This document shows, in pieces, positions 28,401 through 36,226 of a stretch of 62,552 nucleotides of DNA. The notes under the pieces are model-generated. The model made no database searches and was not told where the DNA came from. It saw only the letters and a list, made by a program, of their open reading frames with translations. Origin of the DNA: Candidatus Shapirobacteria bacterium (GTDB lineage: Bacteria; Patescibacteriota; Microgenomatia; UBA12405). Position 1 is the first letter of the stretch, and every line of letters starts with the position of its first letter. Position numbers and translations under genes: made by a program. The DNA lies in assembly GCA_041649835.1 (NCBI GenBank), contig JBAZML010000004.1, forward strand, positions 1 to 62,552. Direction: 5' to 3'.

Positions 28401-28843
28401 TCGGCTAAAATTAATTGAGGAACTTCACCGAGAGCACAAGCACTTAAACAAATTAATCCTTCGTGGTACTGTTCTAAAATTTCCCAATCTATCCTTGGTT
28501 TGTAATAAAAGCCTTCCTGATGACCAATACTGACAATTTTCATCAGGTTTTTATAACCTTGATTATCTTTTGCTAGAAGAATTAGATGATTATTCTTTCG
28601 ATTTTGAGAAGTTTTTTCAGATCGATTACCCTGACAGGTATACATTTCACAGCCAATAATTGGTTTAATTTCTGCTTTTTGACATGCTTTATAAAATTCG
28701 ATGGCGCCGTACATATTACCGTGATCGGTAATGGCGCAGGCGTTGCCCCCCTGTTCTTTAATCAGACTAACTAGTTTTTTTATTTTACTAAGACCGTCAA
28801 GTAGTGAATATTCTGTATGAAGGTGTAGATGAACAAAAGCCAT
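25436..28843 (-). CDS. dnaE: DNA polymerase III alpha subunit
   Basis: PHP domain HLHLHTEYSLLDG; RGSAGGS; PDIDLD; GFNKAHA; OB fold. Confidence 0.98.
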   Translation of the reverse strand: MAFVHLHLHTEYSLLDGLSKIKKLVSLIKEQGGNACAITDHGNMYGAIEFYKACQKAEIKPIIGCEMYTCQGNRSEKTSQNRKNNHLILLAKDNQGYKNLMKIVSIGHQEGFYYKPRIDWEILEQYHEGLICLSACALGEVPQLILADEYDKAKNVAKKYQKLFGDDYYLEIQRHPGLSDQDKANEGLIKISRELGIPLVATNDCHYLYKEDAFAQDVLVMINTQTNINTPNRMSMANTPDFYVKSPEEMSEQFSDFPDAIENTQKIADKCNVSIELGKWYFPKFKLPKGVTPEDQLREFTYQQAKDFYGTISQETKDRLDFELEIICSKGFAGYFLIMRDFIKWCEENHVATNTRGSAGGSLVSFVLGIVSVDPIRYQLPFERFLNRDRPSPPDIDLDIADDKRQEMLYHISDQYGKNAMAQICTFGRMMARGAVRDTARALGYEYSIGDRISKLIPMGKQGFPMSIDKALEITPDLMQLFDTDADAKKIINTAKQIEGCARHISVHACAIVISPSIVNDFSPTQIESGGDKIITQYEMHAAEDVGLIKYDILGIRNLSFLGQSILNVKKTRGIDINLRKLPLDDAKTFEMLSKGNTMGVFQLGSDGMTKWLKELKPNRVEDLMVMVALYRPGPMDNISAYIDRKFGRKPVEYLHPNMENFLGKTYGVLVYQDDILFTAIEIAGYNWVTVDKLRKAIGKKIPEEMALQHEIFVNGCIEHSGMTKAGAEKIWDLFVPFQGYGFNKAHAASYGMLSYRTAYMKANYPVEYMCALLTAEANDIEKVSDGIEECRNLGIIVSPPDINTSHKGFEFEKNDQSLDGMSIRVGLSAIKNVGDIAIDLIIKERDENGLYKNFNDFCLRANGQKVNKKVLESLIKVGAFDQFGERNAILAALDEIRNKCGKLNDKKNSGQFGLFDNSDTNTVIPQDIFPQVAPMPEKEKLSLEKMLLGVYITENPTSKILAPFRQATLSKIDEILNKNVNDTVKFAAVVHKFKVIHTKKNNSAMAFITLDDGTGQIEGVIFPQAYETHKNIIEENRGLYIEGKISVRDDNKSVLIDLLSETLPENIIKYDFVIEVPNGTSQSQLMELNQLLKSHQNGHRGLIILPNGKQIALSYGVNYSPSLQKEIDRILTVN

Positions 28844-28926
28844 TGCTTAATTATCAATTTTTATCTGTCAATTTTCAATGTAGATAAACTAAATCAAAAG
28901 CTAAAAATACTAATAAAATGCGGTTA

Positions 28927-29808
28927 TTACATCATTGACTGAAGTGCGGCGATTCGATCATTGACGGGAGGATGAGTTGAAAACATGGAAGCAAATTTAT
29001 TGCCTTTGAATGGGTTACTTATGTATAAGGATGCGGTGGCAGTTGAAGCTTGAGTGAAAGGGGTGCTGTCTGAATTAATTTTTTGAAGTGCACTGATTAG
29101 GCCTGAGGGTTGGCGGGTTAGAGCTACACTTGACGCATCTGCAAAAAACTCCCGACGACGAGAAATAGCCAGTTGAATTAATTGAGCGATAATTGGGGCA
29201 AAAATTATTAAAACTATTCCAATAATGGCAAAAATTCCGGAACGGTTATTTCTATCCCGGTCGTCCCCTCCCCAAAATAGTTTCCGACTAGTCAAGTTGA
29301 TTAAAATTGATAGGGTGCCAATTAATACGGAAACAACGGTCATTAATAAAATATCGTAGTTTTTGATATGGGATAATTCATGGGCAATGACTCCCTCGAG
29401 TTCGGTGCGGTTAAGTTTGTTCAATAATCCGGTAGTGGCACAAACGACGGCGTGGTTAGGATTTCTACCGGTGGCAAAAGCATTCATAGCATCAGTTTCG
29501 ATGACATAAATTTTGGGTACAGGGATTTTGGCTGTCATAGCTAAATTTTCAGTAACGGTATAGAAATCAAAATATTCTTTTCTGGTGGCCGGAATGGCTC
29601 GATTTAGACCTAATACAATTTTGTCACCTAGGAAATAGCTACCAAAAGCGGAAAAGGAAGAATAAATAATGGCAATAGGCAAGAAGTATTGACTGTCATA
29701 TGAATAGCTTAAAATATAGCCGACAGATACGATAAATATTATGAAAATTCCAATAATAAATCCGGAGCGGAGCCGATTACTGTTAATTTGTTCGTAAAAA
29801 TTAGCCAT
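28927..29808 (-). CDS. htpX: M48-family zinc metalloprotease HtpX
   Basis: NAFATG, HELSH (HExxH), SRRREFFAD, FSTHPP. Confidence 0.95.
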   Translation of the reverse strand: MANFYEQINSNRLRSGFIIGIFIIFIVSVGYILSYSYDSQYFLPIAIIYSSFSAFGSYFLGDKIVLGLNRAIPATRKEYFDFYTVTENLAMTAKIPVPKIYVIETDAMNAFATGRNPNHAVVCATTGLLNKLNRTELEGVIAHELSHIKNYDILLMTVVSVLIGTLSILINLTSRKLFWGGDDRDRNNRSGIFAIIGIVLIIFAPIIAQLIQLAISRRREFFADASSVALTRQPSGLISALQKINSDSTPFTQASTATASLYISNPFKGNKFASMFSTHPPVNDRIAALQSMM

Positions 29809-29822
29809 GTAGAACCAAAATA

Positions 29823-30407
29823 TTAATTGAGTTTGACTTCAGGGTTTTTGGTTTCGTCTTCTGAAACAGTGGTAATGTTTTTGGCATCAGTTGTTTCTAG
29901 ACCAGGTTTTTTGGTGAAACCAAAAAGTGGAGCGAGCCACATACCGGGAATGGTAGAAATTTTGATATTAAAATCAGCAGAAAGATCAATAAAGGTGCGT
30001 CTGGCATACATAATTTTATCGGCAGTATCACGAAGTTCTTCCATCATATTGCCAACTAAGTTGGAGGCTTTTATTTCAGGATTTGATTCAGCAATAACTT
30101 TGATTGAGCCCATGGTTTTATTTAGAAGAGATTGAGCGGCATCAATAGCTTTTGGATCTTTGGTGTCAATGGCTTTATCGATTAATTTTCTGGCAGCAGT
30201 TAAATCTTCAAAAATGCCTTTTTCATGGGACATATAACCTTTGACGGATTCAATAAGGTTAGGAATAAGTTGACTTTGACGCTTTAATTGATTACCAATC
30301 TCTTGGATAGCGGCGCCAATATGGACTTCGGTGGTTTTTAAACCATTGAAGAAGAAGAAAACATAAAGAACAATTATAGCGATGATGACGACAATAGGTA
30401 TAATCAT
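29823..30407 (-). CDS. lemA: LemA family protein
   Basis: N-terminal TM; QLKRQSQLIPNLIESVKGYMSHE; upstream of htpX as is usual. Confidence 0.93.
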   Translation of the reverse strand: MIIPIVVIIAIIVLYVFFFFNGLKTTEVHIGAAIQEIGNQLKRQSQLIPNLIESVKGYMSHEKGIFEDLTAARKLIDKAIDTKDPKAIDAAQSLLNKTMGSIKVIAESNPEIKASNLVGNMMEELRDTADKIMYARRTFIDLSADFNIKISTIPGMWLAPLFGFTKKPGLETTDAKNITTVSEDETKNPEVKLN

Positions 30408-30434
30408 GAAATAATTATAGCATTATAATGACTT

Positions 30435-31013
30435 ATGACAGAAATTGAGATAAGAGGAAAATTAAATAAGGAAAAATTCACGGAATTAATGGTTTTAATG
30501 AATCGAGAAGCTAAGTTGAAGGATCATTATAAAAGAATATCTGTAGATATATCTCTCGGTTTTGACGAAAAGGAGAGAAGTTGGAAAAATCTGAGTGGAG
30601 TTGATTTGCGAATTAAAAAATCCGGAAATAAAGAAAAAATTAGCGCTAAAATGGGGAATTTTAATGATAAAGAACGCGAAGAGTTGGATATTAAACTTGA
30701 AGAAGGACAGTTGTTAAATGTAATTAAAATGTTTACAAAATTGGGTTTGAATAAAGGGATGATTTATCAATGGGAAAGTTTTGAATTCGATTATCAAGAT
30801 TTTGAAGTGAAACTGTCTAAATATACGGATGATTATTTTACTTTTGAAATAGAATCAGAGACTGGGAAAAATGATCCTGATGATTTAGCTAAAAGATTGA
30901 ATTTAATCCCCTATTCAGACTGTGAATATCGAGAAGCTATCGTTTTCGAAAACCGAAATATACATCAATTGTTCTCAATTGAAGCTGTAGAAAAAATTTT
31001 GAGGTGTTGGTAA
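30435..31013 (+). CDS. CYTH-superfamily (class IV adenylate cyclase-like) protein
   Basis: N-terminal EIEIR (ExExK-like), LRIKK, FEIE. Confidence 0.75.
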   Translation: MTEIEIRGKLNKEKFTELMVLMNREAKLKDHYKRISVDISLGFDEKERSWKNLSGVDLRIKKSGNKEKISAKMGNFNDKEREELDIKLEEGQLLNVIKMFTKLGLNKGMIYQWESFEFDYQDFEVKLSKYTDDYFTFEIESETGKNDPDDLAKRLNLIPYSDCEYREAIVFENRNIHQLFSIEAVEKILRCW

Positions 31014-31063
31014 ATCAAATAATAGATAAAAGGGACGAGTTTTGGTATAGTATGGAGGCTCTA

Positions 31064-31137
31064 GGACCCGTGGTGCAGCGGTCTAGCACATCCGCCTGTC
31101 ACGCGGAAGATCGTGGGTTCAAATCCCATCGGGTCCG
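31064..31137 (+). tRNA. tRNA-Asp(GTC)
   Basis: Anticodon arm TCCGC-CTGTCAC-GCGGA. Confidence 0.95.
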
Positions 31138-31142
31138 CTAGC

Positions 31143-31170
31143 AAAATCCCCCTTATTTTGGGGGATTTTT
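31143..31170 (+). terminator. Intrinsic terminator after tRNA-Asp
   Basis: AAAATCCCCC-ttatttt-GGGGGATTTT. Confidence 0.75.
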
Positions 31171-31881
31171 ATGAATTTGATAGAATTAATTATGAATATC
31201 CCTGATTATTTAGATTTGCTATTAAAAAAGATTTGGGAAGAGTCGAAACCAGTCTCAATCTTTTTATATGGATCGATGGTGAGGGATGATTTTGAGAAGG
31301 ATAGTGATTATGAAATTGGAATTGTTTACAAAGAAGAGAATAAGTGGTCGAGGCAAAAACTAGCTGAATTAAATAAATACAAAAACGTGAAGGTTTATCC
31401 TTTTGTTTGGGAAGAATTGCAGAAAGGTGAAATTGATACACCTTTTCCAAAAGCAATTTATTTACACGGATTAGTTAATAGTGGAGTAGTTTTGTATGGA
31501 GAAGGATTAGAAAGTGTTATTAAATGTCCTAAAATTACTAAGGAGGATTTAATTGAAGAAGTTGGTTTTTGTTTGGGTAGGGCATACTCAGCAGTGGTTT
31601 CTTCAAGACAAAATGATTGGGTGTCAGTTAGAGATTCTTTTACAAAGTCGGCTTTGTATGGATTGCAGGTTCTAATTTTTATAAAGACCAAAAAATTGGT
31701 TTATTCGTATAAAGAAATTGAGGAAAAGTCAGATAAATTTATTGAAGATGAATATCGAGAATTAATTAAACATGTGATTGGAGTGAGGAGGGGGGATGAG
31801 GTGGTGTTAACTTCCCTACTTTACAAAAACATTAGTTTTTTGAACAGGGTAGTGTTGAAGGATTTAAAAAATTGGAAATAA
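31171..31881 (+). CDS. Pol-beta-type nucleotidyltransferase domain protein with helical C-terminal domain
   Basis: SIFLYGSMVRDDFEKDSDYEI matches hG[GS]x9-13Dh[DE]h. Confidence 0.75.
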   Translation: MNLIELIMNIPDYLDLLLKKIWEESKPVSIFLYGSMVRDDFEKDSDYEIGIVYKEENKWSRQKLAELNKYKNVKVYPFVWEELQKGEIDTPFPKAIYLHGLVNSGVVLYGEGLESVIKCPKITKEDLIEEVGFCLGRAYSAVVSSRQNDWVSVRDSFTKSALYGLQVLIFIKTKKLVYSYKEIEEKSDKFIEDEYRELIKHVIGVRRGDEVVLTSLLYKNISFLNRVVLKDLKNWK

Positions 31882-31883
31882 TT

Positions 31884-32495
31884 TTATTCTAAAATTCCGT
31901 CAAGATTGGCGTCATAGATGATTTCTTCGGAAACCAATCTATAATTTAATATTTCTTTTTTTTCAAACCAAACGTCAATTTCTAATTTGGCTTCTTCTAC
32001 TGATCCAGAAGAATGAATAATATTTCTAACTGAACGGTTATCTATGTTGGCAGCAGAGTAAGAATCAACGGTATAATCCCCACGAATTGTTCCGGGAACA
32101 GAAGATAGTGGTTCGGTAGAACCGGTAATTTTGCGGACAACACCAACAGCATTCATCCCCTGCCAGATCATAACAACAACGGGACCGGAACTCATAAATG
32201 ATTTAAGGGTGTCACGAATTCTTTCGGCATAAACAACAGGGTCATCAGTTCCTAAATCCTCATTTCTGGCCTTGGCAGCTTCCAACGCTTTGGTTCCAGT
32301 TTTAAAAGCCCATTCAGGATCGGTTGAATAATGTTCCAGTGCTTTTGCTTTGGTAGGAATGGTCATTTTCAGAGCTACTAATTTTAATCCACATTGTTCA
32401 TAGCGCTTAATTACTTCACCAATTAGGCTTCTTTGGACGCCATCTGGTTTAACAATAACGAGAGTTCTTTCTTGTTTGTTGTCGTAGTTAATCAT
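31884..32495 (-). CDS. ndk: Nucleoside diphosphate kinase
   Basis: TLVIVKPDGVQR, SGPVVVM, PGTIRGD, NIIHSSGS. Confidence 0.95.
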   Translation of the reverse strand: MINYDNKQERTLVIVKPDGVQRSLIGEVIKRYEQCGLKLVALKMTIPTKAKALEHYSTDPEWAFKTGTKALEAAKARNEDLGTDDPVVYAERIRDTLKSFMSSGPVVVMIWQGMNAVGVVRKITGSTEPLSSVPGTIRGDYTVDSYSAANIDNRSVRNIIHSSGSVEEAKLEIDVWFEKKEILNYRLVSEEIIYDANLDGILE

Positions 32496-32546
32496 TGAGG
32501 TATATTTTGACGCCTGATGAATGATTTTTCAACTATATAATATATA

Positions 32547-32574
32547 TTGACATATTGATGATTATCGATATAAT
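32547..32574 (+). promoter_or_regulatory. Consensus sigma70 promoter with overlapping inverted repeat (likely ArsR operator)
   Basis: TTGACA-16 nt-TATAAT; ATATTGAT-N4-ATCGATAT spans the spacer; GTG start 6 nt downstream. Confidence 0.7.
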
Positions 32575-32580
32575 CCAAAT

Positions 32581-32877
32581 GTGGATAAAATATATAAGGC
32601 TTTAGCTGAAATTAATAGAAGGAAAATTGTGTTTTGGTTGGGTTTAGGTGAGTTAAACGTAACAGAAATTGTAAAAAAATTAGATTTAAGTCAAGCAACC
32701 ATATCAAATCATCTATCGGTTTTGAGGAAGGCGGGACTTGTTGTCTATAAAATTAAAGGTAAGGAAAGAATATATAAGCTTAATTTAGATAAGGCGGAAC
32801 TATTTGTAAAAGAATTAAATAGGTTAATGCCTTTGTCGAGTGAGAAGCTCGTGGATGAAATAATTATACGGAGATAA
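32581..32877 (+). CDS. ArsR/SmtB-family transcriptional regulator
   Basis: YKALAEINRRKI...LSQATISNHLSVLRKAGLV...GKERIY. Confidence 0.9.
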   Translation: MDKIYKALAEINRRKIVFWLGLGELNVTEIVKKLDLSQATISNHLSVLRKAGLVVYKIKGKERIYKLNLDKAELFVKELNRLMPLSSEKLVDEIIIRR

Positions 32878-32927
32878 ATAGCCCTGTAGTGTTGACTATA
32901 GGTTTTGTTTTCGCTATGTTTGTTTAT

Positions 32928-33503
32928 ATGGCTAAACAAGCAAAACAGGGTTTTTTTAAATCAAGAGAAGATGTGGTTAGTATGTTTTTAGGATTAGTAG
33001 TGGTGGTGGCAGTGGTAGGTTTTGTGGTTAATTTTATCGAAAGACGTAAGGGCACTGTTGATATTCCTGGAGTAAGTAATGATATTAAAATTGAGGAAAA
33101 CATAATTACTGACGGAAAAGGAGAATCGATTGATGAAGTTGTGGTGCAAAAAAATGACAGTTTGTGGAAAATTGCTGAGAGCTTTTATGGAGATGGATAC
33201 AAATGGACTGAGGTTGCAAAAGCAAACAATTTAACAAATCCAGGCGTAATTTATGTGGGACAAAAGTTAACTATGCCTAAAATTGAAAAAATAGTTGAAG
33301 TAACAACTTCGGATCCAAAAGTTACCACATTAGAAAAATCTGAATATGTGGTGTTAAGAGGAGACACGTTGTGGAATATCTCGATAAAAATTTATGGAGA
33401 TGGATACAAATGGACGAAAATTTGGATGGATAATAAGGATAGACTAAATAGTCCAGATAAACTGGAAATAGGAATGAAGCTGCTGGTCTATGGTAAAATT
33501 TAG
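32928..33503 (+). CDS. Membrane-anchored protein with two LysM domains
   Basis: TM helix, then VVQKNDSLWKIA and VVLRGDTLWNIS repeats. Start moved to MAKQAK, 7 nt after TTGACT-17-TATGTT. Confidence 0.9.
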   Translation: MAKQAKQGFFKSREDVVSMFLGLVVVVAVVGFVVNFIERRKGTVDIPGVSNDIKIEENIITDGKGESIDEVVVQKNDSLWKIAESFYGDGYKWTEVAKANNLTNPGVIYVGQKLTMPKIEKIVEVTTSDPKVTTLEKSEYVVLRGDTLWNISIKIYGDGYKWTKIWMDNKDRLNSPDKLEIGMKLLVYGKI

Positions 33504-33509
33504 ACCAGT

Positions 33510-33580
33510 GCGGCTATGGTTTAGTGGTAAAATGAATCCTTCCCAAGGATTAGTCGAGGGTCCGATTCCCTCTAGCCGCT
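33510..33580 (+). tRNA. tRNA-Gly(CCC), T-loop TCCGATT
   Basis: Anticodon arm AATCC-TTCCCAA-GGATT; T-arm GAGGG-TCCGATT-CCCTC. Confidence 0.93.
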
Positions 33581-33606
33581 CCGAGCTTAGGTTATATTAA
33601 AATTAA

Positions 33607-33679
33607 GCCGAAGTAGCTCAGATGGTAGAGCAGGGCTTTCGTAAAGCCAAGGTCGGGAGTCCGATTCTCCCCTTCGGCT
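33607..33679 (+). tRNA. tRNA-Thr(CGT), T-loop TCCGATT
   Basis: Anticodon loop TTCGTAA; T-arm GGGAG-TCCGATT-CTCCC. Confidence 0.93.
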
Positions 33680-33697
33680 CTGAGGTAAAATATAAAT

Positions 33698-34429
33698 ATG
33701 TCAGAATTTTTTAAATCAAAACAACGGTCCAGATTGGATCGAAAGGAAGACGAGGAAATTACAAAAAAAACAATTATTTTGGGGGGGGTTACAGTTCTGG
33801 CTTTTGTAATTGTAATTATTTTTGGTTTACCTATGTTGATAAAATTATCAGTTTTGTTGGGTAATGCAAAAAATTTATCTAAAACAGATAATCAGGAAAA
33901 AATGCTGCCTCCTTTGCCCCCCAGATTGGTGATAAGTTTTGAGGCAACTAATAGTGCTAGATTTTCAGTTTCGGGGGTAGCGGAGCCAAAGGTTAATGTG
34001 GAATTAATGAAAAATGATGTTTCTTTGGGTAAAAAAACAGTTGATGACAAAGGTAGCTTTGTGTTTAATGATATTACTTTGGATAAAGGTGGCAACACTT
34101 TTACCGCATTGGCTTCAACTGAAAAAGAAGGTAATAGTGAATTGTCAAAAACTGTTACGGTGATATATGACGATCAACCTCCATCTTTAAGTATGATAAA
34201 TCCATCTGAGGATAAAATAACAGTCGATTCGGCTGATTTTGATGTGACAGGTAAGAGTGAGAAGGATGTAAGTGTTACCGTCAATGGTAAATTGGCTTTA
34301 ATTGATGATGAGGGGATGTTTAAATTGAGAGTGCAGCTGAATGCTGGAAAAAATAGTTTGGAAATTATTATTCGGAATCCAGCGGGTAATGAAATTAAAA
34401 AAACAATAGAAATTACTTACGATATCTAG
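33698..34429 (+). CDS. Single-TM protein with two bacterial Ig-like domains
   Basis: TM helix, then VSGVAEP/GGNTFTA and VTGKSE/GKNSLEI beta-sandwich patterns. Confidence 0.75.
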   Translation: MSEFFKSKQRSRLDRKEDEEITKKTIILGGVTVLAFVIVIIFGLPMLIKLSVLLGNAKNLSKTDNQEKMLPPLPPRLVISFEATNSARFSVSGVAEPKVNVELMKNDVSLGKKTVDDKGSFVFNDITLDKGGNTFTALASTEKEGNSELSKTVTVIYDDQPPSLSMINPSEDKITVDSADFDVTGKSEKDVSVTVNGKLALIDDEGMFKLRVQLNAGKNSLEIIIRNPAGNEIKKTIEITYDI

Positions 34430-35483
34430 ATTCGAATATAAGAAAAAACAGAATCCAAGGATAGAGTAAAGAGTTGGCAAAAAGTGAGTGAATAAAAATT
34501 GTCAGAATGAGGCTTTGCCAGTATAAAGTAGTGGTATTTAGACCGGTAGTGAATATTTTGGTAAAGAAAAATAAACCGATAATACCGGTGGTTACAGCAA
34601 TGGTTAATAAGCTGCTATCGAAACCGGAATTCGCATGTGAATTTTTATTTTCCCTTATGGTAGGTAAATTGTTATATCCAACTCCTATAAGTGGTGAAGA
34701 AGAAAAAAGTTTTAGTCCCTGTTTGTAATTTTCAATTTTAGCTTTTATGGAACTATCTCGTTCGAGTTTGGTGCCTTCTCCGGGCATACGGGGGAGAAGA
34801 ATAATAGTAAAAAAGATTAGCAGTGAAGTAGTAAGAAAAATTTTTATATTCTTTTTAATTATAGAAATATAGGCGAAGGTAATAAAAAAGGAGAGAAGGG
34901 TTGAACGGCTGTAAGTTAGAGCAAGTCCCAAATAAATAGGAAAGATGAGTAGGTAATTAGATGGACTGTGAAAATAAACCTTTAAAAGAAAAAGTAAAAA
35001 TATAAGACCGGTGAAAGTTGGATCAAAAAAAGTACCGACCAGCCGATATAAATGTGGGTCCCAATTAAACGTTGAAAAATAGGTAAAGTCTGGCCAGAAA
35101 ATATATTGGATAAAGCCAAAAATTAGTGATGCCCATAAAATTGATTGAAAAAAGATGTCGATTTTCCGGTCAATTTTTGGTGGAAATAAAAGTAATGATA
35201 ATAGTGAAGTTAAACGAAGCCAATAAAAAAAACTGACTAATGAAAACGGAGTGTAAAGCCAATTAAATTTTAAAGTAAATAATGAAAATACGACAAAATA
35301 AAAAATAGGAGAATGAAGTTTTTTTAGAGATATTTTTTGAGATAGAAGGTTATTGATTGCGAGAAATAATATGGCGATATCGAAAATTGGAAAAAATATA
35401 TTGGAAAATTGAATACGAAAAAGTTGCCCGAAGAAAAAACAAATTATAGTTATGTAGAGTGCTACTTTTGTGACAGATGCCAT
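34413..35483 (-). CDS. O-antigen ligase/Wzy_C-family polytopic membrane protein
   Basis: RLVGTFFDP, LTYSRS, PLIGVGY, HANSG (Wzy_C), HSLFANS. Confidence 0.85.
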   Translation of the reverse strand: MASVTKVALYITIICFFFGQLFRIQFSNIFFPIFDIAILFLAINNLLSQKISLKKLHSPIFYFVVFSLFTLKFNWLYTPFSLVSFFYWLRLTSLLSLLLFPPKIDRKIDIFFQSILWASLIFGFIQYIFWPDFTYFSTFNWDPHLYRLVGTFFDPTFTGLIFLLFLLKVYFHSPSNYLLIFPIYLGLALTYSRSTLLSFFITFAYISIIKKNIKIFLTTSLLIFFTIILLPRMPGEGTKLERDSSIKAKIENYKQGLKLFSSSPLIGVGYNNLPTIRENKNSHANSGFDSSLLTIAVTTGIIGLFFFTKIFTTGLNTTTLYWQSLILTIFIHSLFANSLLYPWILFFLIFESRYRK

Positions 35484-36226
35484 AGTTTGGAACGGACAAG
35501 AAAGCTGTTAAAGGAAATAGCTAGACAAAAAATTATCCCGGCGGTACCGTCAAGGAATCCCAGTCTTAAAAAGTAGAGTTCTAGAAATTTAAACTTGGGA
35601 TATAAAATAATTTCCCATAGGTGAGGCCGATGTTTTTGGTCTAAAAGTTCTTGAGCCCGAATTGAGGAGTAAAAATTAATTTTTTGGAGAAAGTCAGATA
35701 AAGATTTGATGGAATAATGCAGAATTATTTGGTTGGTGTCGATGGTACCAGCGGAACTATCCCAGATTTCGTGAACAGGTTGAATAAATTTACCCTCATC
35801 TTTATTAAAAAGTTTTATAGGGAGATCGTTGAGACATTGTCCATGGGAAATAGTGCGACCAAGATAGACAATGTTCCGCTTAAATGTATAATTATTACCT
35901 TTTTCTAGGGATAATTTGTTGATGTAGTTAATGGTTTTTTCTGTGGGGATTTCGTCGGCATCAAGGCTCAAAATCCAATTATTTTTACATTTTGTTAAAC
36001 CAAAATTTCTTTGTTCAGAAAAATTATTATTGAGTTTTTTAAAAAAAACACTTACCGATAATTCCGGGCTGTCAAGGGAATTCAATATTTTTACGGTATT
36101 GTCGGTCGACTCATCGTCAATGGCTATTATTTCATTTACCATCTTTAATTTATAAATCCAACTTCCCCATTCTTTTAGGTTTTCCGATTCGTTTTTGGTG
36201 AGAAGAAGAAGGGAGATGTTATTCAT
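35462..36226 (-). CDS. Glycosyltransferase family 2
   Basis: TKNE, IDDESTDNT, LSLDADE. Start moved to MNNIS, overlapping the upstream stop. Confidence 0.9.
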   Translation of the reverse strand: MNNISLLLLTKNESENLKEWGSWIYKLKMVNEIIAIDDESTDNTVKILNSLDSPELSVSVFFKKLNNNFSEQRNFGLTKCKNNWILSLDADEIPTEKTINYINKLSLEKGNNYTFKRNIVYLGRTISHGQCLNDLPIKLFNKDEGKFIQPVHEIWDSSAGTIDTNQIILHYSIKSLSDFLQKINFYSSIRAQELLDQKHRPHLWEIILYPKFKFLELYFLRLGFLDGTAGIIFCLAISFNSFLVRSKLWHLSQK

